From positions 1 to 10,396 of the forward strand of contig JAYZAY010000039.1 of NCBI GenBank assembly GCA_036339465.1: 10,396 nt of DNA, given 5' to 3'. Below the pieces are notes generated by a model, which was given only the letters and a program-made list of their open reading frames with translations, did no database searches and had not been told where the DNA came from. The first letter of the stretch is position 1; each line of letters starts with the position of its first letter. A program made the position numbers and the translations under genes. The stretch is from Myxococcota bacterium (lineage in GTDB: Bacteria; Myxococcota; XYA12-FULL-58-9; JABJBS01). Shown here one piece after another: positions 1 through 7,069 of this stretch.

Positions 1-60
1 AATAGAGCGGACGTGATGGCATATCTTGGGTGAATTCATGCTTTGATGAGTTCAAAAACC

Positions 61-121
61 GTGCCACTAAGATTCCTGCTTAATTATTGGCTTAAGATTC
101 CTGCTGAATTATTGGCTTGGC
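61..121. repeat. Family-1 boundary element, copy A, with a 25-bp tandem duplication
   Basis: GTGCCAC followed by TAAGATTCCTGCTTAATTATTGGCT (68-92) and TAAGATTCCTGCTGAATTATTGGCT (93-117), 1 mismatch, then a short TGGC echo (118-121). Ends 8 nt from the stop codon at 130-132. Confidence 0.9.
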
Positions 122-129
122 CTACAGAT

Positions 130-2349
130 CTAGCTAAGGGCGAAATGGTGTGTCTCAGTAACCGCTCCCCCGAGAAGATCTAGCTGCTCGTGACAAAATG
201 CGCCACACTCTGAAAATCGTTTCCAGCCCAAAGATCGTGCTTCAGGGCCTCGAGAATAAATATTTGCAATAATATCTTCGTTTAGAATCTTCGAATCTAG
301 CCCCAAAGCCAGATAAGCAACGCTAAGAGCGCGCCCTTCATCTTCGCCAAGAATCATGTCAATGAGCCGTCCAATCGATACTGCACAGCTTAACTTAGCC
401 AAAGCAATTGGCAGACCTCGTAATAGTTCCTCGGTTTGATGCCCAGAGTTTAGAAGGTTCTTTAATGTTTCAATTCTTGTCGTATCGCGGATTTCACCCA
501 CCGCAAATACACCGCTGGCCACGATACCGGCGTCGTCAGATTCGAGCATCTCAGTTATCACGACGTTGACTTGAGGACGAAGTCGCATATATTTCCACAA
601 GGCGATGCAGGTATTGGCGCGAACACGTCCCTCGGGGCGTTCTAAGAATGGTAAAAGTATCGAATAAACTCCTAAGTAGTTCAGGTAGCCAAGTCCTTCA
701 ATGGCATTGGCGACTACTCGGGTATCTTTATCCAGAAGGGATTGACGAAGAAGTTGGAAGGTCTCTTCATTGGGGTTGTGCGTCATTAAATTCTTAATTG
801 CGTATGCCTTTAACACCTTAGAGTGTGCGCATCGCCCCATTTGTATATTCCTAAGCGCTTCCGTCATGCGGAATTTTTGAAATGGATCCACATGAGTCGT
901 TTTTATTTTGCCAAGATAAGACAGCGCGGCTATCTTAACAGGTAAACAATAAGAATCATCGTCTATAATATCAAGGACGATAGGAAGACCCTCAGGATGA
1001 ATGGCCTTGCCTAAGATTTCAATCACTTCTATTTTTAAATCGACCGGCTGGTCACCCTTAATGATTCGGCGAAGCTCATTGAAGTACTCCTCTGAATCAA
1101 ACTGATCAAATAGCGCTATTGCGTTGGACTTGAGTTCATGGTCGGAAGAGCGCAAGAAAAAGAGAATGTCGGCATCAAACTTTTTGCTCGCAGAAATCCC
1201 GAGACAAACAAAGGCAATTACAACCACACAAATGCCCACTAACAGTATTTTGCCCGGCAATAAAAATAAGAAACCAACCATAAAAAACCCTGCAGATTGC
1301 GCCAAGATGTCCGACATTAAGCGTATTTGATCACGTTCTCCGCCGGGATATAGAGTTAGCTGATTGGCAAGCGCAATCGAATGTATACTTCCATCTATAA
1401 GTCGATAGCCTACGTATATAAGGATGCCAACAGTTAGAGTCGGAAATCCCAAGTAGAGAAAGGTGAATCCAGAAAATGCAAAACATGTAACCAGATATAT
1501 CCGACCAAGACCTATTTTATTGCAAATACGAGGATAGAGAAAAGCTGCAGAAGCTGTCGTCAGGATAGCCGAGGCTACATCGAGTGAGCCGTAGAGGCTA
1601 GTCAGGTTGTATTCAGATTCTTCAAATTTAGTTGCAACCAAAGACATCGCAACAAACCACAATAATGAATACAGAAATGTGAACAAACTCAATCGCCTGG
1701 GAAGTCGATACTCTTTTATTATGGACACAAGACCGCGCTTTTCCGAATTCTTCTTTTCCTGTGCCGGCTTCTCCTTCCAGGCCAACTTACTCTTTTCGCG
1801 GTTCTCCAATACAAGAAGCAGGCACCCTTGAAGCACCTGAAAACATTCAAGGCCTACCCATAGAAGTAGAAAGAAACCGATCTCGAGGTTCAATACGCCA
1901 GAGCATGCTGCCAATAATGCTCCGCCAAAGGCTCCGAATTGAGCCACGGTGCTTACCCAAGGAAAGAGTCGTTTCGACTGAAAGGGAGAAATAAGATAAC
2001 TTGCCAAAGACCACATCGAGAAATACACAACGATATTTGTTCCCATAATGGAAACAAAGGAGATTTTAGCCTTTAAATCTGGATCCGGCAGTATAAGACA
2101 ATAAATCCCAATCATCAGAAGCAAGCTATGGACTGTCAAGAAAGTGTAAATAGGACAGAGCCGTTCTGCAAAAGAAAGAAGAAGCATTGAAACGAGAAAA
2201 GTTAAAGCCGCGGATGCAGAATAGTAAAAAGCCAAATTTGCTGCTCCGATTTCCGAAATAAAGAAATCGAGGACCGCGCAACTCATCAAAACTTTCACAA
2301 AAAAACCGACGAAACCACTGAATAAAAGCAATACTTGATTTAAATTCAT
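130..2349 (-). CDS. MFS-like (TLC/Npt nucleotide-transporter-like) membrane domain fused to C-terminal HEAT repeats
   Basis: 739-aa ORF. The N-terminal ~390 aa hold about 12 hydrophobic segments split by a charged linker (KSKLAWKEKPAQEKKNSEKR) and include QSKRLFPWV, typical of the AKRLF motif in this group. The C-terminal half has HEAT-like repeats (DKDTRVVANAIEGLG, EGRVRANTCIALWK, DAGIVASGVFAVGE). AAGGGGA lies upstream of the ATG. Stop is TAG. Confidence 0.75.
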   Translation of the reverse strand: MNLNQVLLLFSGFVGFFVKVLMSCAVLDFFISEIGAANLAFYYSASAALTFLVSMLLLSFAERLCPIYTFLTVHSLLLMIGIYCLILPDPDLKAKISFVSIMGTNIVVYFSMWSLASYLISPFQSKRLFPWVSTVAQFGAFGGALLAACSGVLNLEIGFFLLLWVGLECFQVLQGCLLLVLENREKSKLAWKEKPAQEKKNSEKRGLVSIIKEYRLPRRLSLFTFLYSLLWFVAMSLVATKFEESEYNLTSLYGSLDVASAILTTASAAFLYPRICNKIGLGRIYLVTCFAFSGFTFLYLGFPTLTVGILIYVGYRLIDGSIHSIALANQLTLYPGGERDQIRLMSDILAQSAGFFMVGFLFLLPGKILLVGICVVVIAFVCLGISASKKFDADILFFLRSSDHELKSNAIALFDQFDSEEYFNELRRIIKGDQPVDLKIEVIEILGKAIHPEGLPIVLDIIDDDSYCLPVKIAALSYLGKIKTTHVDPFQKFRMTEALRNIQMGRCAHSKVLKAYAIKNLMTHNPNEETFQLLRQSLLDKDTRVVANAIEGLGYLNYLGVYSILLPFLERPEGRVRANTCIALWKYMRLRPQVNVVITEMLESDDAGIVASGVFAVGEIRDTTRIETLKNLLNSGHQTEELLRGLPIALAKLSCAVSIGRLIDMILGEDEGRALSVAYLALGLDSKILNEDIIANIYSRGPEARSLGWKRFSECGAFCHEQLDLLGGAVTETHHFALS

Positions 2350-2374
2350 AAACAGAACGTCCCCTTTATTTTTC

Positions 2375-2399
2375 CTCTCTCATTAGACCGATGAGAGAG
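2375..2399. promoter_or_regulatory. Perfect 9-bp inverted repeat upstream of the MFS-HEAT gene (possible operator or hairpin)
   Basis: CTCTCTCAT (2375-2383), 7-nt loop TAGACCG, ATGAGAGAG (2391-2399). 25 nt upstream of the ATG at 2349. Confidence 0.4.
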
Positions 2400-2469
2400 A
2401 ATTTTTCTTAACAGACGAGCGCGCATTCAACTCGAGTATTTACAACACTCTAGAATCAGAACAGAAAAC

Positions 2470-2500
2470 GAAAAAAGAAAAAAGAAAAAAAGAAAAAAGA
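2470..2500. repeat. Simple sequence repeat (GAAAAAA)n
   Basis: G-A6, G-A6, G-A7, G-A6, GA, directly abutting family-1 copy B. Confidence 0.85.
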
Positions 2501-2551
2501 TGCCACTAAGCTTCCTGCTTAATTATCCTTTAATTATTCTTTAATTATTCT
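2501..2551. repeat. Family-1 boundary element, copy B, with an 11-bp unit triplicated
   Basis: TGCCACTAAGCTTCCTGCTTAATTAT (2501-2526) matches 62-87 at 25/26. Units TTAATTATCCT (2519-2529), TTAATTATTCT (2530-2540) and TTAATTATTCT (2541-2551); the last unit overlaps the helicase stop. Confidence 0.9.
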
Positions 2552-3788
2552 TCTTTTCTTCAAATTTCTTCTGGGCCCGGAGCTTGTCTTTTTTACTTGG
2601 TCTCTTGCCCTTGACGGGGCCGGGTCCTTTTACTTCTGGTGGTCGGTCGCCCTGAATCTCAAAGCCCTCAATACTCTCTCGCTCAAGGTGTACTTTCGCT
2701 CGCTTCTCTATACTTTTAAAATGCGCCATGGTTTCATAATCGATAAAGCTTATGGCAGCACCGGACTTTCCGGCCCGCGCGGTTCTGCCTATCCGGTGAA
2801 TGTAGTCTTCCGGGGAGCGTGGTAAGTCGTAATTGATAACGCAATCAATGTTGTCTATGTCCAGACCTCTGGCCGCGATATCCGTGGCAAATAGGATATT
2901 GAACTGTTTGTACTTAAAAGCATCCAGCGTGTCATTCCGCATGTCTTGGTCCAGGTTGCCGTTGAATGCCGCAGCCTTAAAACCATGGCGTCTAAACTTC
3001 TCTGCAAGATTACTGCTCGCCCGTTTGCTTGCCATAAAAACAAGAACCAGTGGCCAATCATTTTCACTTAAGAGATGCCTAAGTAAAGGGCCGCGATTGT
3101 AGTGGTCGACCTCGATAACCCGTTGCTGAATCGACTCAACGGTCGGTGCTTCTTGCGCAATTCGCACCTCAATTGGATCCGATGTAATCCTAGATGCCAC
3201 TTGTTTGGTTTTGGCCGGGTAAGTTGCCGAAAATAGCAGATTCTGGCGCTTCTCAGGGATGGCATCGAGAATTAAATCCAACTCTTGTGCAAAGTCGGCA
3301 TTCAGCATCTTGTCGGCTTCATCCAGGACGAAAAACTCCAAACGAGATAGGTTCATCTGGTCCTTGCGAAGAATATCCAAGAACCGGCCCGTGGTTGCCA
3401 CCAAGATATCGCAACCTTGCTGAATATCATAAAGCTGCTCGCCGATGCTTTCTCCGCCAATCACTCTGACAACCCGAGGCATGTTGGGCAGCAAGCTGCC
3501 GAATTCTCTAAACACATCGGCTATTTGAAGGGCAAGTTCTCGGGTAGGTGTGAGGACAAGTGCTTTAGTCTTTGGTTTCCCTTCACCTTTGCTGGCGTTC
3601 CACATCTGTAGAATGGGCAGGATGAAAGCAGCGCTTTTTCCGCTTCCCGTTTGAGCCAAGGCCACAACATCTTGTCCATCAAGCACAAGGGGGATGACTT
3701 GCTCTTGAACTGGAGTTGGCGCGTTGTAGCCTTGTTCTTGAAGGGCTAAATGGGTCTCTTGGGTTAACCCAAGCTCGAAAAATTGCAT
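2541..3788 (-). CDS. rhlE: DEAD-box ATP-dependent RNA helicase, RhlE-like
   Basis: Q motif GYNAPTPVQ, motif I AQTGSGKS, Ia PTRELA, Ib TTGRF, II LDEAD, III SAT, V TDIAARGLD, VI HRIGRTAR. Basic C-terminal tail KGKRPSKKDKLR. AGGA 7 nt before the ATG. The family call is secure; the rhlE subfamily label is less so. Confidence 0.93.
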   Translation of the reverse strand: MQFFELGLTQETHLALQEQGYNAPTPVQEQVIPLVLDGQDVVALAQTGSGKSAAFILPILQMWNASKGEGKPKTKALVLTPTRELALQIADVFREFGSLLPNMPRVVRVIGGESIGEQLYDIQQGCDILVATTGRFLDILRKDQMNLSRLEFFVLDEADKMLNADFAQELDLILDAIPEKRQNLLFSATYPAKTKQVASRITSDPIEVRIAQEAPTVESIQQRVIEVDHYNRGPLLRHLLSENDWPLVLVFMASKRASSNLAEKFRRHGFKAAAFNGNLDQDMRNDTLDAFKYKQFNILFATDIAARGLDIDNIDCVINYDLPRSPEDYIHRIGRTARAGKSGAAISFIDYETMAHFKSIEKRAKVHLERESIEGFEIQGDRPPEVKGPGPVKGKRPSKKDKLRAQKKFEEKKNN

Positions 3789-3882
3789 CCAACGGTCCTA
3801 ACACAGCGCCAGCACGGATTGCGGCGAAAAGTTGATGAACTGAGACCATACAGGAAATTACTGGCGTTGACGAACCACAATT

Positions 3883-4050
3883 GAGAGTAAATCAACGCGG
3901 AAGGAGAGTAAATCAGCCGGCAACATTATGGGACTCTGCCCTAACTGACTAATCAAGCCGATATTTTCGTGGTTTCGTTGGGCTTAACGAAGTGCCTGTA
4001 ATGTTCCCGGTTGATTTACTTCTATGTTCCCGGTTGATTTACTTCTTTCT
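3883..4050. repeat. Family-1 element copy C plus an inverted copy: long imperfect inverted repeat with tandemly duplicated outer ends
   Basis: Left arm AGTAAATCAGCCGGCAACATTATGGGACT (3907-3935) versus right arm AGTGCCTGTAATGTTCCCGGTTGATTTACT (3991-4020): 20/22 complementary over the outer 22 nt. GAGAGTAAATCA is repeated at 3883 and 3904. ATGTTCCCGGTTGATTTACTTCT is repeated perfectly at 4001-4023 and 4024-4046. Confidence 0.9.
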
Positions 4051-4061
4051 ACTCCGACTCG

Positions 4062-5738
4062 TCACGATGAACAACTGTAGTGGGATACGCCCCCGACGCT
4101 GAAGAATTCCTCGGGCCTGAGGCGGTCGTATTTCGCCCCTATTTCCGGTGACTGCTCTTCGTAGGGATGGCTGAACACCGTCTGAAGCTCGTTGATGAGG
4201 CTGTAATCACCTTCTTCAGCTTTTTTGTATGCGGGGGCGATTAACCATTCGCGCCAGGCGTACTTCGGGTTCATGCGTTTCATTGCTGCGGAGGTCACGT
4301 TAAGGTCGCCCTCGTTTGCGAGGCGCTTGCGCCATTGCGGCAGCCATTGATCCCACCGTGTCTCAACTTGCTCTGAGGTGGGCGCATAGAAACTGTCTTT
4401 GAGAACTTCGAGTTCGTCAGGAATGTGAGAGAGCTTTCGGAAAAACATCGTGTAGTCAGCCTTGGACAGAATCATCAGTTGCAAGAGTTCTTGCACCAGA
4501 GTCGCGTCGTAGTGGGCCAGGCCAAGCTTCTTTGCCCACATGGCCTCAAAATCTCGGCGCATAACGTCGGCGAAGCCGTCTCGAGCCTTATCCAGTTTTA
4601 CCAGTGCCTCCTCGTTGCCCGATAGAAGAGAACGGATGGATGCGCAGAACATATGAAAATTCGCTTCGGCGGCAGCGGGTTGGTTGAAGAGAGAAAAGTG
4701 TTCGCCGCCCCCCGTCCACGGTTGAAATCGAGGGTCAAAGAGTTCGCAGAAACCAAAGGGACCATAATCGAGTGTGTAGCCACCCGCGGCGCAGTTGTCA
4801 CTGTTGAAATTTCCCTGGCAGTAACCAACGCGGATCCAGTTACACACAAGTGACGTGAGACGTTCTCGAAATAAGATGGCCAGCTCGACCACTTGTTCAG
4901 CAAAGGCAAGGCTCGGGTCTATTTTCTCTTTGTAGTTTCGTTCGATGAGGTGCGTCACGAGTAACTGCAATTCGTTTAGGGCATCTGGATGGTCATTGCT
5001 CCGTGCACGTCGAGCAAAGAGCTCAACCTGGCCTACCCTGAGAAACGATGGTGCGACCCGTGTTGTGATGGCCGTAGGGTTGTCTACAAGGATGTCGGGA
5101 TTGAAGGAGTTCGAGTTCTCCAAATACCAAGGCCGACGCACTCTTTCCGATTTCGATACGTATAAGGTTAGAGAACGTGAGGTGGGGACACCCAGGGCTT
5201 GCATGTATTCCTGTGCTAGAAACTCCCGCACACTTGAGCGGAGCACGGCACGACCATCTGCCCCACGACAATAAGGCGTCCGGCCTCCTCCCTTCAATTG
5301 CATCTCCCAGCGTTTTGCCTTGAAGAGGCCTTCGAACACTGAAATTGCTCGACCATCACCGTAGCCGTTTCCGGTCCCAAACGGACATTGCTGGTTGTAT
5401 TCAGTCCCGTAGATCGACAGGGCATAACCCGTCGCCCAGCCCAACGGGCGCATTGGTTCCTGCGCCACGCTTATGTCGCCAGAAAACAAACGGCCGAATT
5501 TTTCGTCAAGTGCAAGCTCCTGGCTCAACCCCAATTCCTTAAACAAGGTTTTGCTGTGCGCGATGTATTCCGGATCTGGAATTGCTGTGGGGGTCACCGG
5601 TACGTAATGCCCCGAAAACACTTCGCGGGGCCGGTGGTCGTGGCCATCTTCGGTCGCCTCAGGGTCTGCGTTGAGCGAAGTGAGGAGCGAATAGTCAGCC
5701 CGTTGTATAAACTCATCAAATGTTTTTGTTGTTGGCAT
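4062..5738 (-). CDS. selO: Protein adenylyltransferase SelO/YdiU family (pseudokinase AMPylase), Cys form
   Basis: [82 protein letters not shown], and the C-terminal SCSS typical of the family. Confidence 0.93.
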   Translation of the reverse strand: MPTTKTFDEFIQRADYSLLTSLNADPEATEDGHDHRPREVFSGHYVPVTPTAIPDPEYIAHSKTLFKELGLSQELALDEKFGRLFSGDISVAQEPMRPLGWATGYALSIYGTEYNQQCPFGTGNGYGDGRAISVFEGLFKAKRWEMQLKGGGRTPYCRGADGRAVLRSSVREFLAQEYMQALGVPTSRSLTLYVSKSERVRRPWYLENSNSFNPDILVDNPTAITTRVAPSFLRVGQVELFARRARSNDHPDALNELQLLVTHLIERNYKEKIDPSLAFAEQVVELAILFRERLTSLVCNWIRVGYCQGNFNSDNCAAGGYTLDYGPFGFCELFDPRFQPWTGGGEHFSLFNQPAAAEANFHMFCASIRSLLSGNEEALVKLDKARDGFADVMRRDFEAMWAKKLGLAHYDATLVQELLQLMILSKADYTMFFRKLSHIPDELEVLKDSFYAPTSEQVETRWDQWLPQWRKRLANEGDLNVTSAAMKRMNPKYAWREWLIAPAYKKAEEGDYSLINELQTVFSHPYEEQSPEIGAKYDRLRPEEFFSVGGVSHYSCSS

Positions 5739-5841
5739 TGCGTTAATTCTGGCTATTTGCCTCTATAGACCCTTGGATAGCCCGTTTAATGAGCTTTACA
5801 TAATTGGTTCTGATCCTAGCTAGGGAGAGAGCAGTTGACAA

Positions 5842-5871
5842 GAGCCTAGGGAATTCAACCGACCAAAAACC
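5842..5871 (+). repeat. Degenerate isolated copy of the family-2 (MITE) terminal sequence
   Basis: GAGCCTAGGGAATTCAACCGACCAAAAACC matches the reverse complement of 7678-7707 (GAGTCTAGGGAAATCAAGCAAGCAAAAACC) at 25/30 without gaps. Confidence 0.7.
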
Positions 5872-5899
5872 CACCATTTAACAAGCAACCCAGGGTTGG

Positions 5900-6436
5900 T
5901 CAGCCAGGCTCATGGTCCTGCTCCGCATTGGTTGCAACAAGTAAAAGCGGCTCTAAGATCACCTCCACCGAAAGGGTGGGATCTCCTCGAAGCGATTGGA
6001 CCTCATTGGTTAATCGCTCACATCGGCGGACCAACTCAAATAGGTTAAGTCCGGCAACGCAGGGCTCCGGCCGTTGCTCGTCAACGCTCCGCAAGTGAGA
6101 GGAAGACTGCTTAAGCAGAGACAAAGCCGCCCTTCCGTATCCCTGTCGAACTTTAACACCTACCGCCGCGAGCTGAATGAGCCCTTGGAGGAACTCCCCC
6201 ACTAGCCCTTTCCGATCAACGGTCTTCCATATCCCTTCCCAAGCCTCGTGGGCTTCCCAATAATAGCCGGCGTTGAACAGCTCGATGCCTCTCAAATACG
6301 GCTCGCAGTGTGCCCACTCTCCTAGAACAAGCGCCTCTGCAATCTGCGGTTTTTCTCCATGGCTGTGCCCTGCTGGATCTCGCGTAGGATGCGGCCAATG
6401 CCCCGGAATGAAGCTGTAAGGGGGATACCTAGCCAT
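5900..6436 (-). CDS. DUF309 domain-containing protein
   Basis: Signatures GIELFNAGYYWEAHEAWE and FLQGLIQLAA, with a Pro/His-rich N-terminal extension PPYSFIPGHWPHP. Starts 15 nt after the stop of the MBL-fold gene, so the two are probably co-transcribed. Confidence 0.88.
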   Translation of the reverse strand: MARYPPYSFIPGHWPHPTRDPAGHSHGEKPQIAEALVLGEWAHCEPYLRGIELFNAGYYWEAHEAWEGIWKTVDRKGLVGEFLQGLIQLAAVGVKVRQGYGRAALSLLKQSSSHLRSVDEQRPEPCVAGLNLFELVRRCERLTNEVQSLRGDPTLSVEVILEPLLLVATNAEQDHEPG

Positions 6437-6451
6437 CGTGTTAAGCAGCCA

Positions 6452-7069
6452 TCACGGGTTGAGGCGCTCTTCGAGTCTGCCAACTAAGGCACAGAGTTCC
6501 TTGTGACCGTCTGCAAAAAGGTGCCACCCGTCACCCACCAACACCGTCTCTATCTGAGTATATTCCGTAAGTCGTCGGACGGACTCTAGAGCGGCTCGGG
6601 GATCTTGGAGTTTGAGATCCGGCAGTGCTATCAACGTTAGGGGGGTATGGGCACGGATGAGATCGCCGGTGATGAGGGTCGTATGCTCGTAGAGAAGACA
6701 GAGCTCACCGGGGGTCTTGGAGCCATCCATCTCGATGACTTTGAGCCCACCGGCCATCTCATCCCCATGGCCCAGCCATCGGTCGCACACATAACCAAAG
6801 CCGTCTCTGTGTGCTGCGGGTCCGGCGACCCGAGCGTTGAAGTGTTCTTGTAACTTGGCGGCGCCTCGAATGTGGTCTGAATTGGTGAGCACGATCCAGT
6901 CGATGCCTCCTAACTCATTCACGTGGTTTAGATCGTGCTCCGAAAGTGGAAGCGGATCGATCACAATATTGCCCTGGTCTAGACAAATAAGAACGCTGTT
7001 AAAGTCGATATTGCGTTCCTCGTTGAACTCGGACCAGGAAAAGAGATTGGGCAGATGCAAAGATTTCAT
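6452..7069 (-). CDS. MBL-fold (metallo-beta-lactamase superfamily) protein with non-canonical metal motifs
   Basis: GNIVIDP, IVLTNSDHIR (at the HxHxDH position), GSKTPGE (at the GHTPG position), LITGDL, VLVGDG. GGAG lies 10 nt upstream of the ATG. Confidence 0.85.
   Translation of the reverse strand: MKSLHLPNLFSWSEFNEERNIDFNSVLICLDQGNIVIDPLPLSEHDLNHVNELGGIDWIVLTNSDHIRGAAKLQEHFNARVAGPAAHRDGFGYVCDRWLGHGDEMAGGLKVIEMDGSKTPGELCLLYEHTTLITGDLIRAHTPLTLIALPDLKLQDPRAALESVRRLTEYTQIETVLVGDGWHLFADGHKELCALVGRLEERLNP

Noticed and set aside
1..39. Possible start of a minus-strand gene running off the left edge (ATG at 39 or 22)
   Set aside because: At most 13 codons are visible and there is no convincing RBS, so it cannot be supported from this window.
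61..4046. CRISPR array interpretation of the 23-26 bp repeats
   Set aside because: Units are directly tandem with no spacers, or kilobases apart. No cas genes are present.
4062..4073. TGA at the end of selO as a selenocysteine codon
   Set aside because: The Sec-equivalent position is already Cys (TGT) in S-C-S-S, and the TGA follows the family's normal terminus.
5751..5824. Short dyads upstream of selO (GGCTAT...ATAGCC, TCTATAGA, CCTAGCTAGG)
   Set aside because: Too short to distinguish from chance, with no U-tract or recognisable operator or riboswitch pattern.
130..7069. Canonical integron cassette array
   Set aside because: No complete attC of normal length follows any gene and no intI is in the window. 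Only one partial attC-like sequence was found and is reported as a finding.
6452..7069. Beta-lactamase / resistance gene call
   Set aside because: No signal peptide, and the HxHxD zinc ligands of true class B beta-lactamases are missing.
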